Source: Octopus vulgaris (Eukaryota). From it: a DNA stretch of 64,000 nucleotides. How positions within the stretch are numbered: the first letter of the stretch is position 1; each line of letters starts with the position of its first letter. The stretch lies in assembly GCA_951406725.2 (NCBI GenBank), contig OX597822.1, forward strand, positions 21,328,001 through 21,392,000. The letters are read 5' to 3'. Under the pieces are notes generated by a model that saw only the letters and a list, made by a program, of their open reading frames with translations, ran no database searches and was not told the DNA's origin. Positions 10,782 through 26,967 of this stretch are shown here, one piece after another. Both the position numbers and the translations under genes were made by a program.

Positions 10782-13700
10782 GAAAGAGAGAGAATCCTGC
10801 TGCCATATCTGTTGCTTGAAAATCCAACATCGTCAAGGGGATAATATTGGTGAAACAGTTAGAAATAACAACTAGACCAATGCCACGAAGATACTATGTT
10901 TAAATAAGATGCATCAAAGAGGCCTAAAGTATTTATCTAGTAAGAACAAATTTGATATTCCATCATTAATGCTGTCACTCAGTATTTGCTAGTTCATATT
11001 TCTGTATGTAAAAAGAAATACAATAAGCAATGTTATGGTAGTAAACAAGATAATATTAGCAGTGGAGCATGTTAAGCATAAAAAGTAACAAAAGAGTTTG
11101 GGGGAATAACAAAAATTTCCTAAATTAATATTAATCCTTTCAACCCATGAGTATGCTGCAGCTGGTGTGTTTTTTGTTCAACAAAATCTCTGAAAGATGC
11201 TCCAGTGGCCATCCATGCTGTTTTCTGTTTATGTCTGAAAATAATGCTGTTTCTACCAATTAGGGAGCTTTTAACAATATACAAAACTGTTTTTGTATCT
11301 TTCAAAGAGAGAGCTGAATGAAATCATGCCCAATAAAGTGTACTCGTAGGTTTAAAAGGCTAACCGTCATGGTCATTATATTGACAAAGAAATAGGTACC
11401 TTGTTTCATGGTAATGAGATGCCAGTATTGACTCTGCACTTTGCTTTTTAAGAGGGAAAAAAACACCAATAAAATATGTAATAGGAATATAATTTCTTAT
11501 TAGAGGTGATGTAATTAATTATAATTCTCCTTCATCAAATCGACCTTATTCTCCATTTATGTTTTACATTAGTTTTTTCCATACTCGCATGGTTTGACAA
11601 AATCATTACTGAAGTGTTGTTTTGCAACCAGATGTCCTTTTTTGTCACTAAACCTTGTATTTCAGTTTTTGCTTTTTCTTTCATGCCATACCAAATTATG
11701 AGTTATTTTGTGACACATCATGTAGTGCATATGTAATTGTTTCATTCAGTTGCATGACGTAATATTTGTGTATGCATATGTATGTCTGCATGTAGAACTG
11801 CATTTATGTGTATGTGCTTGTATATGCACAGAATTGTGTATACATGTATATGCACATGTCTTTATGTGTATGGGAGTGCAGAGTATAGTATGTGAATTCA
11901 ATATCATGTTTTTGTAAGAAATCACTATTCCTATAATTTTTTAGTTAATTTTCTAATGTAGATTTAGGGACAGAAATTTTAAAAAATTTTTACAGAATGG
12001 TATAGCTAATTTAATCCATCATGACTAGTACTTATTTAAAAAAGAACTGGAAATACAAAAAGCTATTCAAGTTTATCAGGAACTGAATTCAGAACCTAAG
12101 AAAGCATAACTAGATATGATGTCCAGGACACTAAAATTAATTACACGATTTTTGTCCTTGGGTAGTAACTGTTATTTCCTATTTATTTACCCCCAGAAAG
12201 TATGAAAAATGACTAATATTTTCTTTAGACTATACTTTTGTTACATTTATTTAAATTCCAAAGAATTCTTACCAACACATGGCTATGATGATTCCCTACT
12301 ACTTCTGCTCATGATCAGAGATGCACAAATTGTCAGCCACCAAAGGACATGCTCAAGCTGTGGAATTGAGCAGAATATTTGCTATTACGGTATTTCTGCT
12401 TCAGTAACTCGGTACTAAATCTGTCTGAAATGTAATGGAAAATAGGTCAGTTTCAAAACATTGATGTACAGGCCACGAAAGCAGAGTTTGAAGGGAATAT
12501 TAGTAATTTCTTTTGATTTTGAAATAGAAGCAAATTAGAAATAGCACACTAATGAAAGACAACAAAATGTAAAAATTTTCTTATACAGTGTTATTAATAT
12601 GGACACAAGGCCAGAAAGTTCTGAATGTTTAGAACTGAAAAGCTAGCAATAAATAAAACTGAAGTGTTGCATATTGAGGGATCCTTGAAATAATACATCT
12701 GTGAAGAGACCAAATATAAACTATCCTTCTTCAGAAGAGAAAAGGTATCTTGTCTGGAATACTGGGTGCTGCATCTTATAGCATGATAACAAATGATCTC
12801 TTTTTATTTTATTTCTATAAAAACATAACTTTTTCAAAAGTTAAGCTGCTGAGAAAATAATTAAAATTGAGAATACAAACAATATAAATCGTCTAGATGA
12901 AAAATATTGAAGCAGAATGAATATTGTGGTTGTTGGTTACTCTTTGATGAAGAAGCATACTTATGGCTAAAGACATTCCAGCTATGGCTACCACATCTTA
13001 TTAAAAAAATATCCCTGTATCTATACAAACCAATTGTGTATTTTCTGTATCTAAGCTGGCAGAAAGGGATTTGAAGGAGATTTGGTTACTAGTTCCAGTA
13101 GATGGGTGTCTACGTGAAGGTTCCTTTGTTGGTTTAGGAATATGTGTGTTTTTATATTATATATAACTATAATAGTGAATGTGTAACTATATGCCATATA
13201 TGGTTATATACGTTACTGCATATATTTAAGTGTGTGCACAAATTGCTGAAACTATCTCTGCATATGTGTGTGTGTATTCTGTATGTATTTGTGTGTGTGG
13301 GGCTGTATTGATAGATGTATTTGTGTATATGTATGTGTATTGTTGCATGTATTTGTGTATATGTGTATATTACTGTGTGAGTGTGGTGTATATATGTATG
13401 TATGTGTCACTATGTGTTAGTGTGCAAATGTTGCTGTATATATTTGTGCTCTCCATTATTAATTAGAATTGTATATTTCAAGGACCATGTCTTGATGTAT
13501 GACTGTGAGTTAGAACACTTGTACAAGTTGTTGCATTTCCTGAGCTGATGGTATTCATTGCTTGCTGCTTCATCTGTTAACATTTGACAGCTCTAAATCA
13601 GTGATTCCCATCATTTGCATGAAGGGGTTGGGAAGACAAAATGATTTTCTTTTGAAATATCTAATGGTATAAATATAGATTGTTCATGAATAAGTTGTAC

Positions 13701-14284
13701 AATATGCTGTAGGCATAATAAATACGTTTATTATAAATCAAAACTGTAATATGTTACCTCAAGAAAAATTTTAATTGTTAATATATACATCAACAAGATA
13801 AATCTTAAAACTATTTTTAAGAAATCGCTTTCACATCTATATAGTTATAGTTAAAAAGGGATTTTAGATAATTATTCATTTGCTTGAATGGTTCATGATG
13901 GCAATATGTAGAGAATAATTTATCTAAATATATAAGAGTAAGCTCTTCATTCTTATTTATAAAATTCTTTCAAGTTTTGTGGATTTCTGATAGCTTGGAA
14001 GTAATTTCTTTTGTTTTTGCTAACTTTAATGCTACATTATTAGAGAATAATTTTAAAGCTATTACTTGAAAATGTATGAGAAGTTAGCTCTTTACATATT
14101 TACGTTTGGCCACAACTAGGCAGCCATAATAATCTGACAACTATATTGGTTGTATGTGGTTATTAGCAGTTAGTATTTTTAACAGCTTTCTCTGTCCGTC
14201 TGTCTGTCTGTCTCTCACTCTCTCACACACACACTCATTGAATGCCCATGTTCTATGCTGACACGGGCTGGATGGAATGAATGC

Positions 14285-15188
<904 letters not shown>

Positions 15189-18100
15189 AAATAAATGATT
15201 TCAGTGTATTGTTTGTTATTAGTGTTAATGCATGAGGGGTTAGTTTTTATTAGAGCTGTAATATGAGTTTGGTTTCTTTTTCTTGTTTATTTTTTTCTTC
15301 TAATAAATATGTTGTTTATATGGATGTTTGGTGCTAGACATTCTGTGTTAGAGCTTTCTGCTTGAACTATGCAGTAGTGCTTACCAATGACTGTGTTAAT
15401 ATCCACTTATTAAAATCACTTTGATTCTAGTAGTTACCATGTTAAATAGTTTTGAGTCAGAGCATATTGGAAATGCTTTACCATGGAGAGATTTAATAAC
15501 AGATTTTATATTTGAGGAAGTAAATCTCTGACATAAGATAAATATAGTTATTGGTGAATCTAATATAACCACTAGTGGTATCTATAATTTATTGGCATAT
15601 TTACATTTATAGTACCTAAACTTGTAGGAAAGTAATTGTCAGAATTTGATTGGTCAAGAGATTGTAGGGGGAAGGGTAGAATAGTGACATGGAGGTAGTG
15701 ATGTTAAACTAATTATTTACAAAGGATTTAAGATTTAATCAAAGTTAACTTTTGATGTTACAAAGAAAAAAGAAAAAAAAAGGAAGAGTATTACTTATCT
15801 AAATTTAATCAGATCATTGTTAAAGAGGTGCTAATTTATATCTGTTACAGCTTGATTGTGAATTTGTTTACTTTGTCCAGTATTTTCGTGTCAACTCTAA
15901 CATTAAATCTAAGAAATCTATTAGCATTATTGATTGGTGGTTGTTGCTAAACTATTATGTATTTAAGACCATAATTAGCTTGACTAATGTTTCAAATCTA
16001 TAATTAACCTATTGAAAAAGGATAGCAGCTTGAGTTATCTAAGATTAGTTACTTACCTTTTCATCAGGCAGAGATAGCTGTGTATAGCTATAAAAACATT
16101 TCATTTATCCATTGATTAAAAACTAAACTGTTTCAGAAATATACACCAATACACACACAAATATTTGCTTATACATATTTGCAACCATTTTTCAGTGCTA
16201 CAATGGTGAGGTGATGTTTAATAGATTGAAGTTTAGTGTAAAGACTTCTTAAGATAGATTGTTTCCTCTTGGGCATGTACCCTGCCACAAATTTATCAGC
16301 TGTTTATTTATATTTTGCACAGTCTGAATCTATTAGAGAGAATACATCTCAAGATTCAATTCATTTGTGTAAGCCCTTATTCTTGAAACTATGGTCTTCT
16401 TAGACTTCCAACTCCTCATAGAGTGTAGGCTGTGAAGACATACCTTCCCAATTTTTCTATTCAAGCAATCCTTTCTAACAACTTCCAATCCTTTCCATTT
16501 CATTCATGGTCCTATTTCTCAGGAAATTACGATACTTATGAACCATGTGACAGCATGAGTATTATGCTTTTTATGTATACATTTCTGTTTATGTTCTGAG
16601 GCCAAAACAAATTCCATCATCTCTAGTAGAGCTCGACCAGAAAATAGTTTCTTTTACTTGAGATGCTTTCTGTTGATATTAGCAAGAAATATTTTTATGC
16701 AGTAAGGCTATTAAACCTATAAATAACACTGGAGTGAAAGACAAGGTCTGAGCTTAGAGACCTTTAAATGTATCAGAATCACAGATGAACACATGGATGG
16801 CAATCTTTGTATATTCTGGATGGAATCCACGCCTACATAGAAATCCTTTTTTATCTGTGCATGTGTGTACACACACACACACACATGCACACACGTGCGT
16901 GGGCAAACACATTTCTGAAATTCTCAGTTGTATTCTATATTTATGCTTAATGTGTATTGTGTGCATAAGTTCACAATACATTAGTTCATCCTCTGCTCCC
17001 ATCTCTGTTGTCACACTTGCTCTTTCCTTCCACATCACCACCCTCGTGAGACCTAACCATCACCACTTCTACAGAAGGACTCCTTCTGTTGCACGTCAAC
17101 AGAACCTTATGTATATGCCTAAATGTACTTTTGTAATTCAATGTATATTGGGCTGTCAGTTGACTGTCAACTGTCTGATAAGTTTGCTGAGTAATTCAGA
17201 GGCAGTGAGTCATCTGCTCCTTGACATTTTTGCTCCACCAACCACTTCACACAAAACCTTTTGTTTGGTTAGCAAAGCTGAATGTTCTATTTCCCTCTTC
17301 CACAAGGACCCAGAGCTTGTCTTGTTTCTACAAACTTTTACGCTAACATACAATTATCAAGACACTCATCCCCACATCTTTCCTTTACTTCATCTCAAAA
17401 TGTACCATTCTCCTCTGGCTTTTAGCCTTTCTGTCTTCCTTTTCTGCTTTCTATTCTTTCTGAAAAATACAATGTCCAAAACATAAAAGACATTCAATTC
17501 TTCCAAACAGTAAACTAATACCCTTTCATCAAACATTGTTCTTTCCATGGGATTCTTTCTATGACTTTTACTTGTTTATGATTTTTCATTCATATTACCA
17601 TCATCAGATGTTTATATTCCATTCTGGCATGGGTTGTTCAGGTTTTCAATGTCCCAGTCAATTTTTACACAGAAAACCTTGACAGCTTTGAGGACCATGT
17701 TTTGCCCAAACATTTCATTTTTGTCCTGGTTTCTATAGCTGGATTTCTTTCTTAACACTAACCTCTATACAAATTGTCCTGAAAGCATTTTATTGTGACA
17801 CTAGCATAGGAAAGCTTCTCATATCCTCAGCAGGACTAAAGGGTTCTCTTGATATAACACTTTCAGAGCATATTGGATGCATTTCCTCTTGGCAAATGCA
17901 CTAAAGCAGTCATCATTTCTTTGACAAGACTGATCTTGTCAGATTTATGCCACTTCCACTCAGACCTGCTTGACACATGCCTCACTTCTCTTATAATCAG
18001 TCTTACCCTCCAGATCATATAATGAGTGCTTGCTCAATCCTTCCTTCTCACAGTGTGAACTCTCACACCATTCTTGTTTTCCCTGATCATCAACTGACCA

Positions 18101-19584
18101 AAGTTTAAATTAAGATTGAATATCAGCTATATTGATCTCAGGTGGCATGTGAAAATTATTGGCTCTGCCTCATACAGATGAACGGCATTTGAATATTATT
18201 GATACTCCCTCTTGTAGATTGCATGTGAAGGTTATCAATGCTGCCTCACCCCTGTCTAAGTGATAAAGATCAACTAGATGCAGTTGCTGATTTTGCTGAA
18301 GATAAGATCAGTTACATTGCTATACTGGAGGTATTGCACATGTAGAGATGAAGTTTCATCAACATTCTCTCTATTTCACCTCATTGGTCTCCACTTGAAG
18401 TTTTCAACTCAGTTAAGTAACAAAAACTGTTGACTGTTTACAATTTTGTTACATTATGTTTAAATCACTGAATCTTCAGTTTGAGGGTGATGAAAGGTTA
18501 GCCTGATCAATTTTTTAATTTCATGTGAAAAAGCAGGTAGAACTGTGTAGATAGAGAAGGGGAGATAGAAATGAGTATTACTGAGATTATTCTGTATGAA
18601 GGTCAAAGCAAAGTTGGCTGGGAATGTTGAGTCTTTTTTAGAAGTTGTGCTGCTTAATTCCTCTTGGTTTAGAAATGGTGAGTAATAACATTTGGTAGAG
18701 TAAAGACATATTCTTGGCAAGAGATTTGAAGTTTATTTTGTAATTTGTATGTGGGAGATCTTGCAGGTTGTATAATGTCTTAGTTTTTCAGAATAGTATC
18801 AGTGGGTAAAAAGTCTCCAAGGTGAGAGACAACCTCCAGATCATGTGGGAGGTATTCTTTGCTTCAGCCTTTTGTTGGATATACATGATAAGGGGGGAAG
18901 AAATTTAACAGATTAATGAGGGAATTGAAAGTTGGAAGCAGAGGAACTGCTGTAGGTGATCCATCAACATGTCTCTAGTTTGAATTATGGGTTAGTCATT
19001 TCAGAATATAATGCAAATAACAAGTAATCTTCCAGAAATTTATGACAAATAAAGTCTGATGCATGACCATGAGAAGTTATTGATTAAGGGTTTCACAAGT
19101 GACACTGCAACTTACATCAACTTATAATAAGCATAATGCAATTTTCATCATTACTCAGTTAACTTCATCCCCACTATTTAATCATACTCTCGAGTGTATA
19201 TATATGTGTGTGTGTGTGTGTTATCGGATGAAATTGATTGGATTGATGAGTTACAATGAAACAAAACTGAAATGTAAATGTAAGTTGATCAGTATGATAA
19301 TTGATTCAAAACAAAACAATGCCATCAACACAAGAGGAAAAAAAATGCAAGAATGCAAAAAACAGAGTTGATGAATTTATTAACTGCAAAAATGTTAAGA
19401 ATAGAATACTATGATAGATGAATTGCGATAGATATGTGGCATATGAAATGAATGAAATAATACAAACTTTGAGACACTTAAATAGACACCTCCATATAAA
19501 GATACAGGCAGTTGTCAATAGTGTGAAAAAGAGAATTTTTCCTGAATGGTAGTTGCATAATGTAATTTTAGCATAAAAAAAAGC

Positions 19585-19911
19585 ATGTAAAAAGCACCGT
19601 CCAAACGTGGTAGATACTAGCTCTGCCTGACTGGCGTCCGTGTCGGTGACATGTAAAAGCACCAACAAGCACCATCCAAACGTGGCATATACTAGCGCCG
19701 CCTGACTGGCGTCCGTGTCGGTGACATGTACAAGCACCCACTACACTCACGGAGTGTTTGGCATTATGAAGGGCATCCAGCTGTAGAAATACTGCCAAAT
19801 CAGACTGGAGCCTGGTGCAGCCTCCATGGCTTACCAGACTGCGGTTGAACCGTCCAACTCATGCTAGCATGGAAAACAGGCGTTAAATGATGATGATGAT
19901 GATGATGATGA
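19585..19911 (+). mobile_element. RTE-LINE 3' UTR fragment with duplicated subrepeat
   Basis: GCCTGACTGGCGTCCGTGTCGGTGACATGTA occurs twice, followed by the conserved UTR and (GAT)n tail. Confidence 0.85.
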
Positions 19912-22597
19912 TTTGGTAGACCTTCATAGTGCAAAGAATGCAGAGATTATTGTTCCCATGTATGCTTTATATAAAGTATATTCCCTCTTACTTGGAAGAA
20001 TATTGGATTCTGTTTTAATGAAGTGTGCTGAATTCTCAATTTATGCCTGTCAGAGTTTTTAAAAGAATGCATGTAATAATAAAATCTAGATTTAAAAGGA
20101 TAAACTTTAGAATTATTGTTAGTAGTAACTAAACATTGGTACATTATGCCTTTAACCAAATAGATTCCAGAGAACAGTTTTTGATATCTGTACAGTTTCA
20201 GAGACTGGCACAATATCATTTACTAGTTTCACTAGATCTAAGCTAAGATGTGTTAGAAAAGGCTAAATTATGGTCAAAGTTTGAAGTTGAGGTATACCAT
20301 CTTTATTAAAGATATAGTGACATCTCCAATTTAAAGGGAAATGTTTTTAAAGAGTTTAAGGAAGTTTTGAGTTGTGTAGAGACTGTGCTATTGAATGGAT
20401 TGAAAACACCTGGCAATGCTTATTTCTCTTCCATTGTTTTAAGTGGAATGGGAAGTAGATATTGTGTCAAAGACACTTCTGGTTGAGGCATCAGTGTAGT
20501 ATTGAGATGCATTATGGGAAATTTGTTTATTGGCTGGAAGTAGAGAAAATCTAAGTGAGAACTTTGAAGCCAGGTTATGAATTATATGTCTGAAGTGAGT
20601 TACTTTGTCTATAAATGTAAATATCTCATTAATTTTGTGTTATAATTGATACAGGGAATTACAGGAGTCAGGAGCAGCATTTAGTTATAACCATTACTCA
20701 CAAGAAACCTGTATTCTTAAAGAAATTGCAGAATGCTTACAGAATAAATAAGTTACATGTACATTAATAATAACTATGATAACTAGTCCATTATCATGAT
20801 AAAAACTATCTGCGATTTTAATTTCATGTACGATGTACGAATCATGGAGGAAGCTGATTTCTGCTTCGTCTTGAGCACTATACATTGCAATATAAATACT
20901 TTCTTTTTGACAGTGGCAACTTTTGTCTTCACCAACAGATTTCATTCACTGCACACACAAACATATATACAGATACACATTCATATTTTTTCTTTCCTAT
21001 CACACATACACTCATGCAGACACTTATACCAGTGAATTACTAAGTCCACTAAGTTATTTTGTTAATAATTACTGATTATTTCATTAAACTCTAATGTTTA
21101 CTGTTCATTTTATTCTTTGTTATTAATTTTCCTTTCTTGAACTGCTATTAAGTTGAAAATTTATGACTACACTTATTGATATTTAAAATATAAACAGTAG
21201 ATTCATTAGAGAGAGCTATTTTTCACAATTATCTATCTTTTATCCTTTATTTATGTCTTGAATTTTGTTTCTCTCTCTCTTTTTGTCTATCTGTCTCACA
21301 TTCTTTATCCTTTAAATAAATCTCCCTTCCTTTCCCATACTTTGTATATACACATATATGCTTATGTGTATGTGTGTGTGAGTGCATATCTGTGTACATG
21401 TGTATGTGTGCATGTCAGAAAGAGTGGGAGAGAGAAAGAAAGTAGCTGGTTGATCATCTCAAACTGTATAGTTGCTGTTATACACTTACTTTATTATTGA
21501 TAAACTGACAAGTGAGTTTAAAGAAGTTTATCTGATTTCATTTAATTCCTTGCAATGTAAATAGTGCAATAAAAACTGTTGTGCACAGAAGACTCCATGA
21601 ATTATTTCAATAAATCAATGACATTGAGTCGTATGATGGTACAGACAGAAAACCCACCAGTTAGGCAGATAAACAGTTTTATTATTAATGCTCTACTTAT
21701 CATTGTTATTGTTGTTGTTATTATTATTGTTATTATTATTATTATCATCATCAGCCTTTAGTGAGAGAACAGTGACAGAATCAGTGAACTGTTTGAGTAG
21801 AAAACATGATGTGACTTATGGTATTTAGTCTTGTCTCTTTAGATTCTGAGTTCAAATGCCGATGAGGTCATGTTTTACTATTCAGGGGCCACTAAAATAA
21901 ATATTAGTTAAATATCGGAGAAAGAAGAACTATGCAACCAACTATACATCCTTACATACCTCCTACCCACCTCAGGATATGTGGGTTTGTGCCTAAGTGA
22001 CAGATTGTTAATTAGTAGGTGTGTATGGGAGCTGGCAGCCAGACAGAGATGTGGATGAAAGGGATGTTCTGTTGGGACATTTGTTACTTGATGCCAGTGT
22101 AGAGACTTTTTGTATGGTCTGTAACATCTAAATCTTCTTCAAATCAATGTCATAAACATACAAAAAGACAGGATGATCACACCCTGGAGCACTTTTTATC
22201 TAAGGTCTGCTTAATCAGAACTGAAACTGGGCTTTCAGCTTGGAGAATCTGTATGTTGGTTCCAAGGATTTTAAGCACTGAATGAGAAAAAACTTTCAGC
22301 AAAGTATTTAGTGTGAAATCTGGGGTCAAGCTGAGGTACACTAAAGATAATGGGAGGAAGAGATACATGTGAATCTGGTGAGTTGGATTCAAGTTTGTGT
22401 GCAACTTGCTGGGTCAGAGAGAATTAAAGACACAGAAGAAATAGAATTTTGGTAGGGGACAGTGGTTGGCATGTTTTGGTAACTGAATTGTTGAAGATCT
22501 GCCAGATGGCTTGCTTTTAGATTTAGACTAAGATGAGTGAGAACTGGATAAACTCAGAGTTAAATGATGTAAGACATGACTAAATTTATGAATCAAT

Positions 22598-22629
<32 letters not shown>

Positions 22630-24114
22630 GGCAGCTGCATCTATTGATAAATAATTTGAGTGGCAGTTGATTAGATATAGATAGAAAACAGAGAGAGATT
22701 GCATGTAGATGGAGAAAGAAAAAAAAAAGTAGATAAATGGATTGGCAGCTAGATTGATAAAGATATAGACAGATAAGAATATTTTTTTTTATAGTAAGAC
22801 AGCTGGTTAGTTTAAAGGAAGAATGGATGTGTAGACAGATTAGATACAGTAATGGACAAATAAGAAACTGCGAACTGGTTTAATGTTTAATGAAGTATGT
22901 TTAGAATTATGGAAAAATTACGTGCACTAGATACACTGAAATTATAAATAGATTAAACAATTGTGTATTAACCAGCATGAGCTACCTGAATGGTTTATAT
23001 AAGTTCTATTATATGGAGAATATCATTACTTGTGGATATAAAGGGGTTAAGTTTAAAGTAACTGGGAGAATTGTTGTCTCTAGTCTTAAAAAAGAGGTTC
23101 TCTTTCTATGAAATTAGACATATGTGAAACGTGACTTTTTTTTTGTTGTTTAACCCTGGGTTAGCCCTTTTGAGCTGACCTCTAATCAAGTGTTTCAACT
23201 ATAACCATTTTGTCATACTTATAGGAGTTATTTCTTTTTAGAACTACTTTGTCTAATGGTTCTCCCTTTTTAAGATAATAAGGAGCAATTTGAGAGCAAT
23301 TTGGTTGCTATTTCTATCAGATCTGATAAATATGTTGAGACTCACACATTCTACAGCAATATAATATTGGTATAAATGAAGACTTGTCATAAATCGATTC
23401 CAGTTTATTTTTGTTGTATTTTTAGAATTACAACAGATATATATATTGTAGCTCAATGTGTGAAAATAATTGCTACATTTCATCTTACAGATGGAATAAT
23501 TTTTTCATGAAGTGTTTCAAATTATCATCATCATCATCAATATTTTTATACTATTTTTTTCCGATAATGGTAAGGGTTGGATAAAGTGATTGTTCAGTTA
23601 GAGAGTCCTCCCTACTCTATATTGATTCCTAGATTGGTTACCTGCCATATCTCACACTTATCCTCCATTTTCAGCATGGTTTCTGTACCTGGATGCCTTT
23701 CTTACCACTGATTAATTTAGAACATGTTCTGGGTGCATTTTATCATGTCACTGATTCTAGAGAGATTGTTTAGTATCAGACAGTAATTTCATATGGTAAA
23801 ACACCCCTGATACAATGATGAATATAGTCAAGCTGATAAGGAAGGCGAATTTTCTCCAAGTCACATCTACGTGTGTCCTTCCTTTTGTTAAGACATGATG
23901 CAGCAGTGTTTTTTTTTTTTAATAAAACATTATATTAAGAAAGATAGGATGGGAGAAAATGGAACACATATGATAATAGATAATAAATATGATAATAGAT
24001 CAGAGTGGACCAGGGAGAGGCTAAATAAGAACAACAACAAAAAGAACATAGTGATGAACACCACTGGGGCATCATGAACAGGATTCACATTACACAGACA
24101 TAACAGAAGTAAAC

Positions 24115-24850
24115 AGAAATCAATAGGATTTATATCTAGTGATTGGCTTGGCCATGGGAGCTTTCTAATGCAATTCTCTTCCAACCAATCTTGGGTCTTT
24201 TTAGTCATGTGACAAGGAGCTCCATCTTCCATAAATAAACTGTCTTCTTTAATCATTTCACCACTGAAGAAGATTGGATGGAGTCCTTTCTGCAATATGG
24301 ACGCATATTTATCTGAGTTTGTTTCCCTCATACTCCACTAGATCTGATCGATCATTGTTCCAAATTGCTCCCCAGACCATCACAGAATAGATACCATATT
24401 TCATTGTTGGCTGCAATTTTTTCACATCAAATTCTTGACCACAGTGTCTCCAGACCCACACTCAACCACTGACAGAAAACAGCAAATCTGAACCCATCAG
24501 AGAATATAACAGTACCCAAAATGCTAGTGGCCTCTCCAACGTCTCACTGATCCAATCTTTTCTCTGCTTGATATTAGCTGGTTGAAGAAGTGGCTTCCTT
24601 CTTGCTGCTCTGCTATAGTAGTCAAGTTTGTGGAGATACCTGACAGCTGTTCTGGGACTGACATCAACTTGTTCTACTATATCAGAGGCCTTGCAACGAA
24701 GATTATCCTCCAAACTTCTCTTAACAAAGTGAAGGGTCTTGTCAGAGGGCCCTAGTTGACCTGGATGAGGTGTTGCAGACACCTTCCTATCTCTGGTGAA
24801 TTGCACAGTCACTCTATTAACTGTAGAAAGTGGGATCCCAAAATTTTTGT
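24115..24850 (-). mobile_element. Tc1-family transposase pseudogene
   Basis: HTH region (VSPRTAVRYLHKLDYYSRAARRKPLL), VMVWGAI motif, catalytic region FMEDGAPCH...LPWPSQSLDINPI; frameshifted and truncated near the third catalytic residue. Confidence 0.9.
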
Positions 24851-24864
24851 GATTTTACACTAAG

Positions 24865-25172
24865 TCCACTTTCGTTTGATCATCCACCTTTAATACCTTC
24901 ACTCTTGCTTATCCACTTTCAGTATCTTAACCCTTGCTTACTCACTTTCAATATCTTGATCTCTATTTACCCACCTTTGATATCTTGATTCTTGCTCACC
25001 CAACTTTAATATTTTAACTCTTGCTTACCCACCTTTAATACTCTTACCTTTGTTTACTTAACTTCAATAATTTTACCCTCACTAAACTACCTTCAATATC
25101 TTGACCCTTGCAGGGCCAGTTTCAATTTCTTGACTCTTGCTTATACCCTCTCAATATCTTGACCCTTGCTTA
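24865..25172. repeat. Degenerate 29-bp minisatellite (approx. ACTCTTGCTTACCCACTTTCAATATCTTG)
   Basis: About 10 diverged tandem units with 29-nt periodicity. Confidence 0.8.
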
Positions 25173-26283
25173 CATATACTATTATCAAGTTCTGTTTTCT
25201 TCCTCTTTCACCTCAAATGAATCTTTTTAATTGAGTTACTATAAAAGTCTCCAAATATTTTCTTAAAAGTATTTTTAATAAGAGGGGCCATGAAATGATC
25301 CCTTGACTACTAGAAGTGGTAACTAAATTTCCCATAAATGGCATTATACTGTCTTAAATAAAGACATATTGGAGCCTGTAGGCTTAACATGTCTCTGAAC
25401 ATATAAAATCCAAGAAAGCATTCTCTTTGCTTAGAATAGTTTTTCATGCTGTTAAGAATAGCAGTAAATTCTTTCTTAAATTGCACTCTGTTCTCTTAAA
25501 AAAATACAATACAGATTAGATAATGTGATCCACTGTCTAGGGAAAATAAACAATCTGGTCATGATTGAAACATCTTTGATTGTATGTCTGTTCAATCAGG
25601 TTTGACTGGAGACTAAACAACAACACAATGAAGTACTCAAGGATCTTTGTTTGCTTGCCTGGGTAGACTGTGACAGGCATTTGTAAGATTATAACAAATG
25701 ATATTGTGATGATCAATAGTTTAGGACCTAAAACTTTTTGTTACTTTGTATTGAGTATAATGACTAAACAGTGGTCACTGAAGTTTATAAGGATCTGTAA
25801 TTTCTCATTTTTATCTGAAGAAGCATGTAGATGTTCAGATTAATGACCTGTAAAATATTTCCGATAAATTATTGGAGGCAACTGCAGTTGAGCCAGCAAC
25901 CTAAAGACAGTCTGGCTAGAGGATATTGCTGTTTCAATGGCGAAGATGGAAGAATAAGTGAAGAGATCCTTAATTATTCAGACATCTTAGCCAGTTCATT
26001 AAACGAGGTAAATTTGATGCTTTAAATAATTTACTCCAAAATTTAGATTACATATTTGTATATATATGCATGTGCAAACACAGACCTAAAAACATTCATT
26101 GGAAACTTAAGGTAGGTAGAGAGAGAGAAACACAACTTTGAGATGGTCAAATCCAGTACCAACAAAAATAATTACTGGGCTTAATATGACCAAGTTAAAC
26201 ATCTCTAAAACTGTGACCCCTAACATGGTCACAGTTTACAGAATGAAACAAGTGAATACTTAATATAAACTCACAGAAAACAC

Positions 26284-26445
26284 ATCATCATCATCATCGT
26301 TTAACGTCCGTTTTCCATGCTAGCATGGGTTGGATGGTTTGACCGAGATCTGGGAAGCCAGAAGGCTGCACCAGGCTCCAGTCTGATCTGGCAGTGTTTC
26401 TACAGCTGGATGCCCTTCCTAACGCCAACCACTCCATGAGTATAG
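26284..26445 (-). mobile_element. RTE-LINE 3' UTR fragment
   Basis: (ATC)n followed by the reverse complement of the conserved RTE UTR. Confidence 0.85.
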
Positions 26446-26922
26446 TCACGGAGATACATTACTGCACAAAAACGTGAACTGTAACATAGACACTTGCATT
26501 CAGGAGAAAATGCTTATAAACGTATATGTTACTCTTTGAAAGACCAGCAACTCTGCTCTTTGTTAGGCTGTAGTGATTAAGCTACAGAGCTCCTGCCACT
26601 TCACCTATTCATAATGGCGATTGTCTGCTATGTAATTGACAAAGTAATTACCTCACAAGCTCTCGAGGCATGGTGTCTGTCTGTTCAATAGAGCTGTTTC
26701 TCTATCTGACACTAATTGTAATAAAATCTCAGCAATTCATAACACTGCCTGAATCATCAGTTTCACTTGCTAAGAACAGTTTACACTTTGACTTTGTTTC
26801 AGGTGAGGAGAGAGAAAATTTAACACCCAGCTGTTTGTAAAATTACTTGTTTAAGCAGTATGTAACAGTCCATTTTTTAAAAACTGTCCAACACATGCCA
26901 GTACTGAAAATTTGAAATAAAG

Positions 26923-26965
<43 letters not shown>

Positions 26966-26967
<2 letters not shown>

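Noticed and set aside
16785-17486. 233-aa ORF
   Set aside because: It spans a (CA)n repeat, has no recognisable domain and is at best a very decayed LINE remnant
18500-18960. Possible CR1/Jockey LINE relic on the minus strand (also 2900-3300 and 22150-22460)
   Set aside because: Only a vague resemblance with no diagnostic motif
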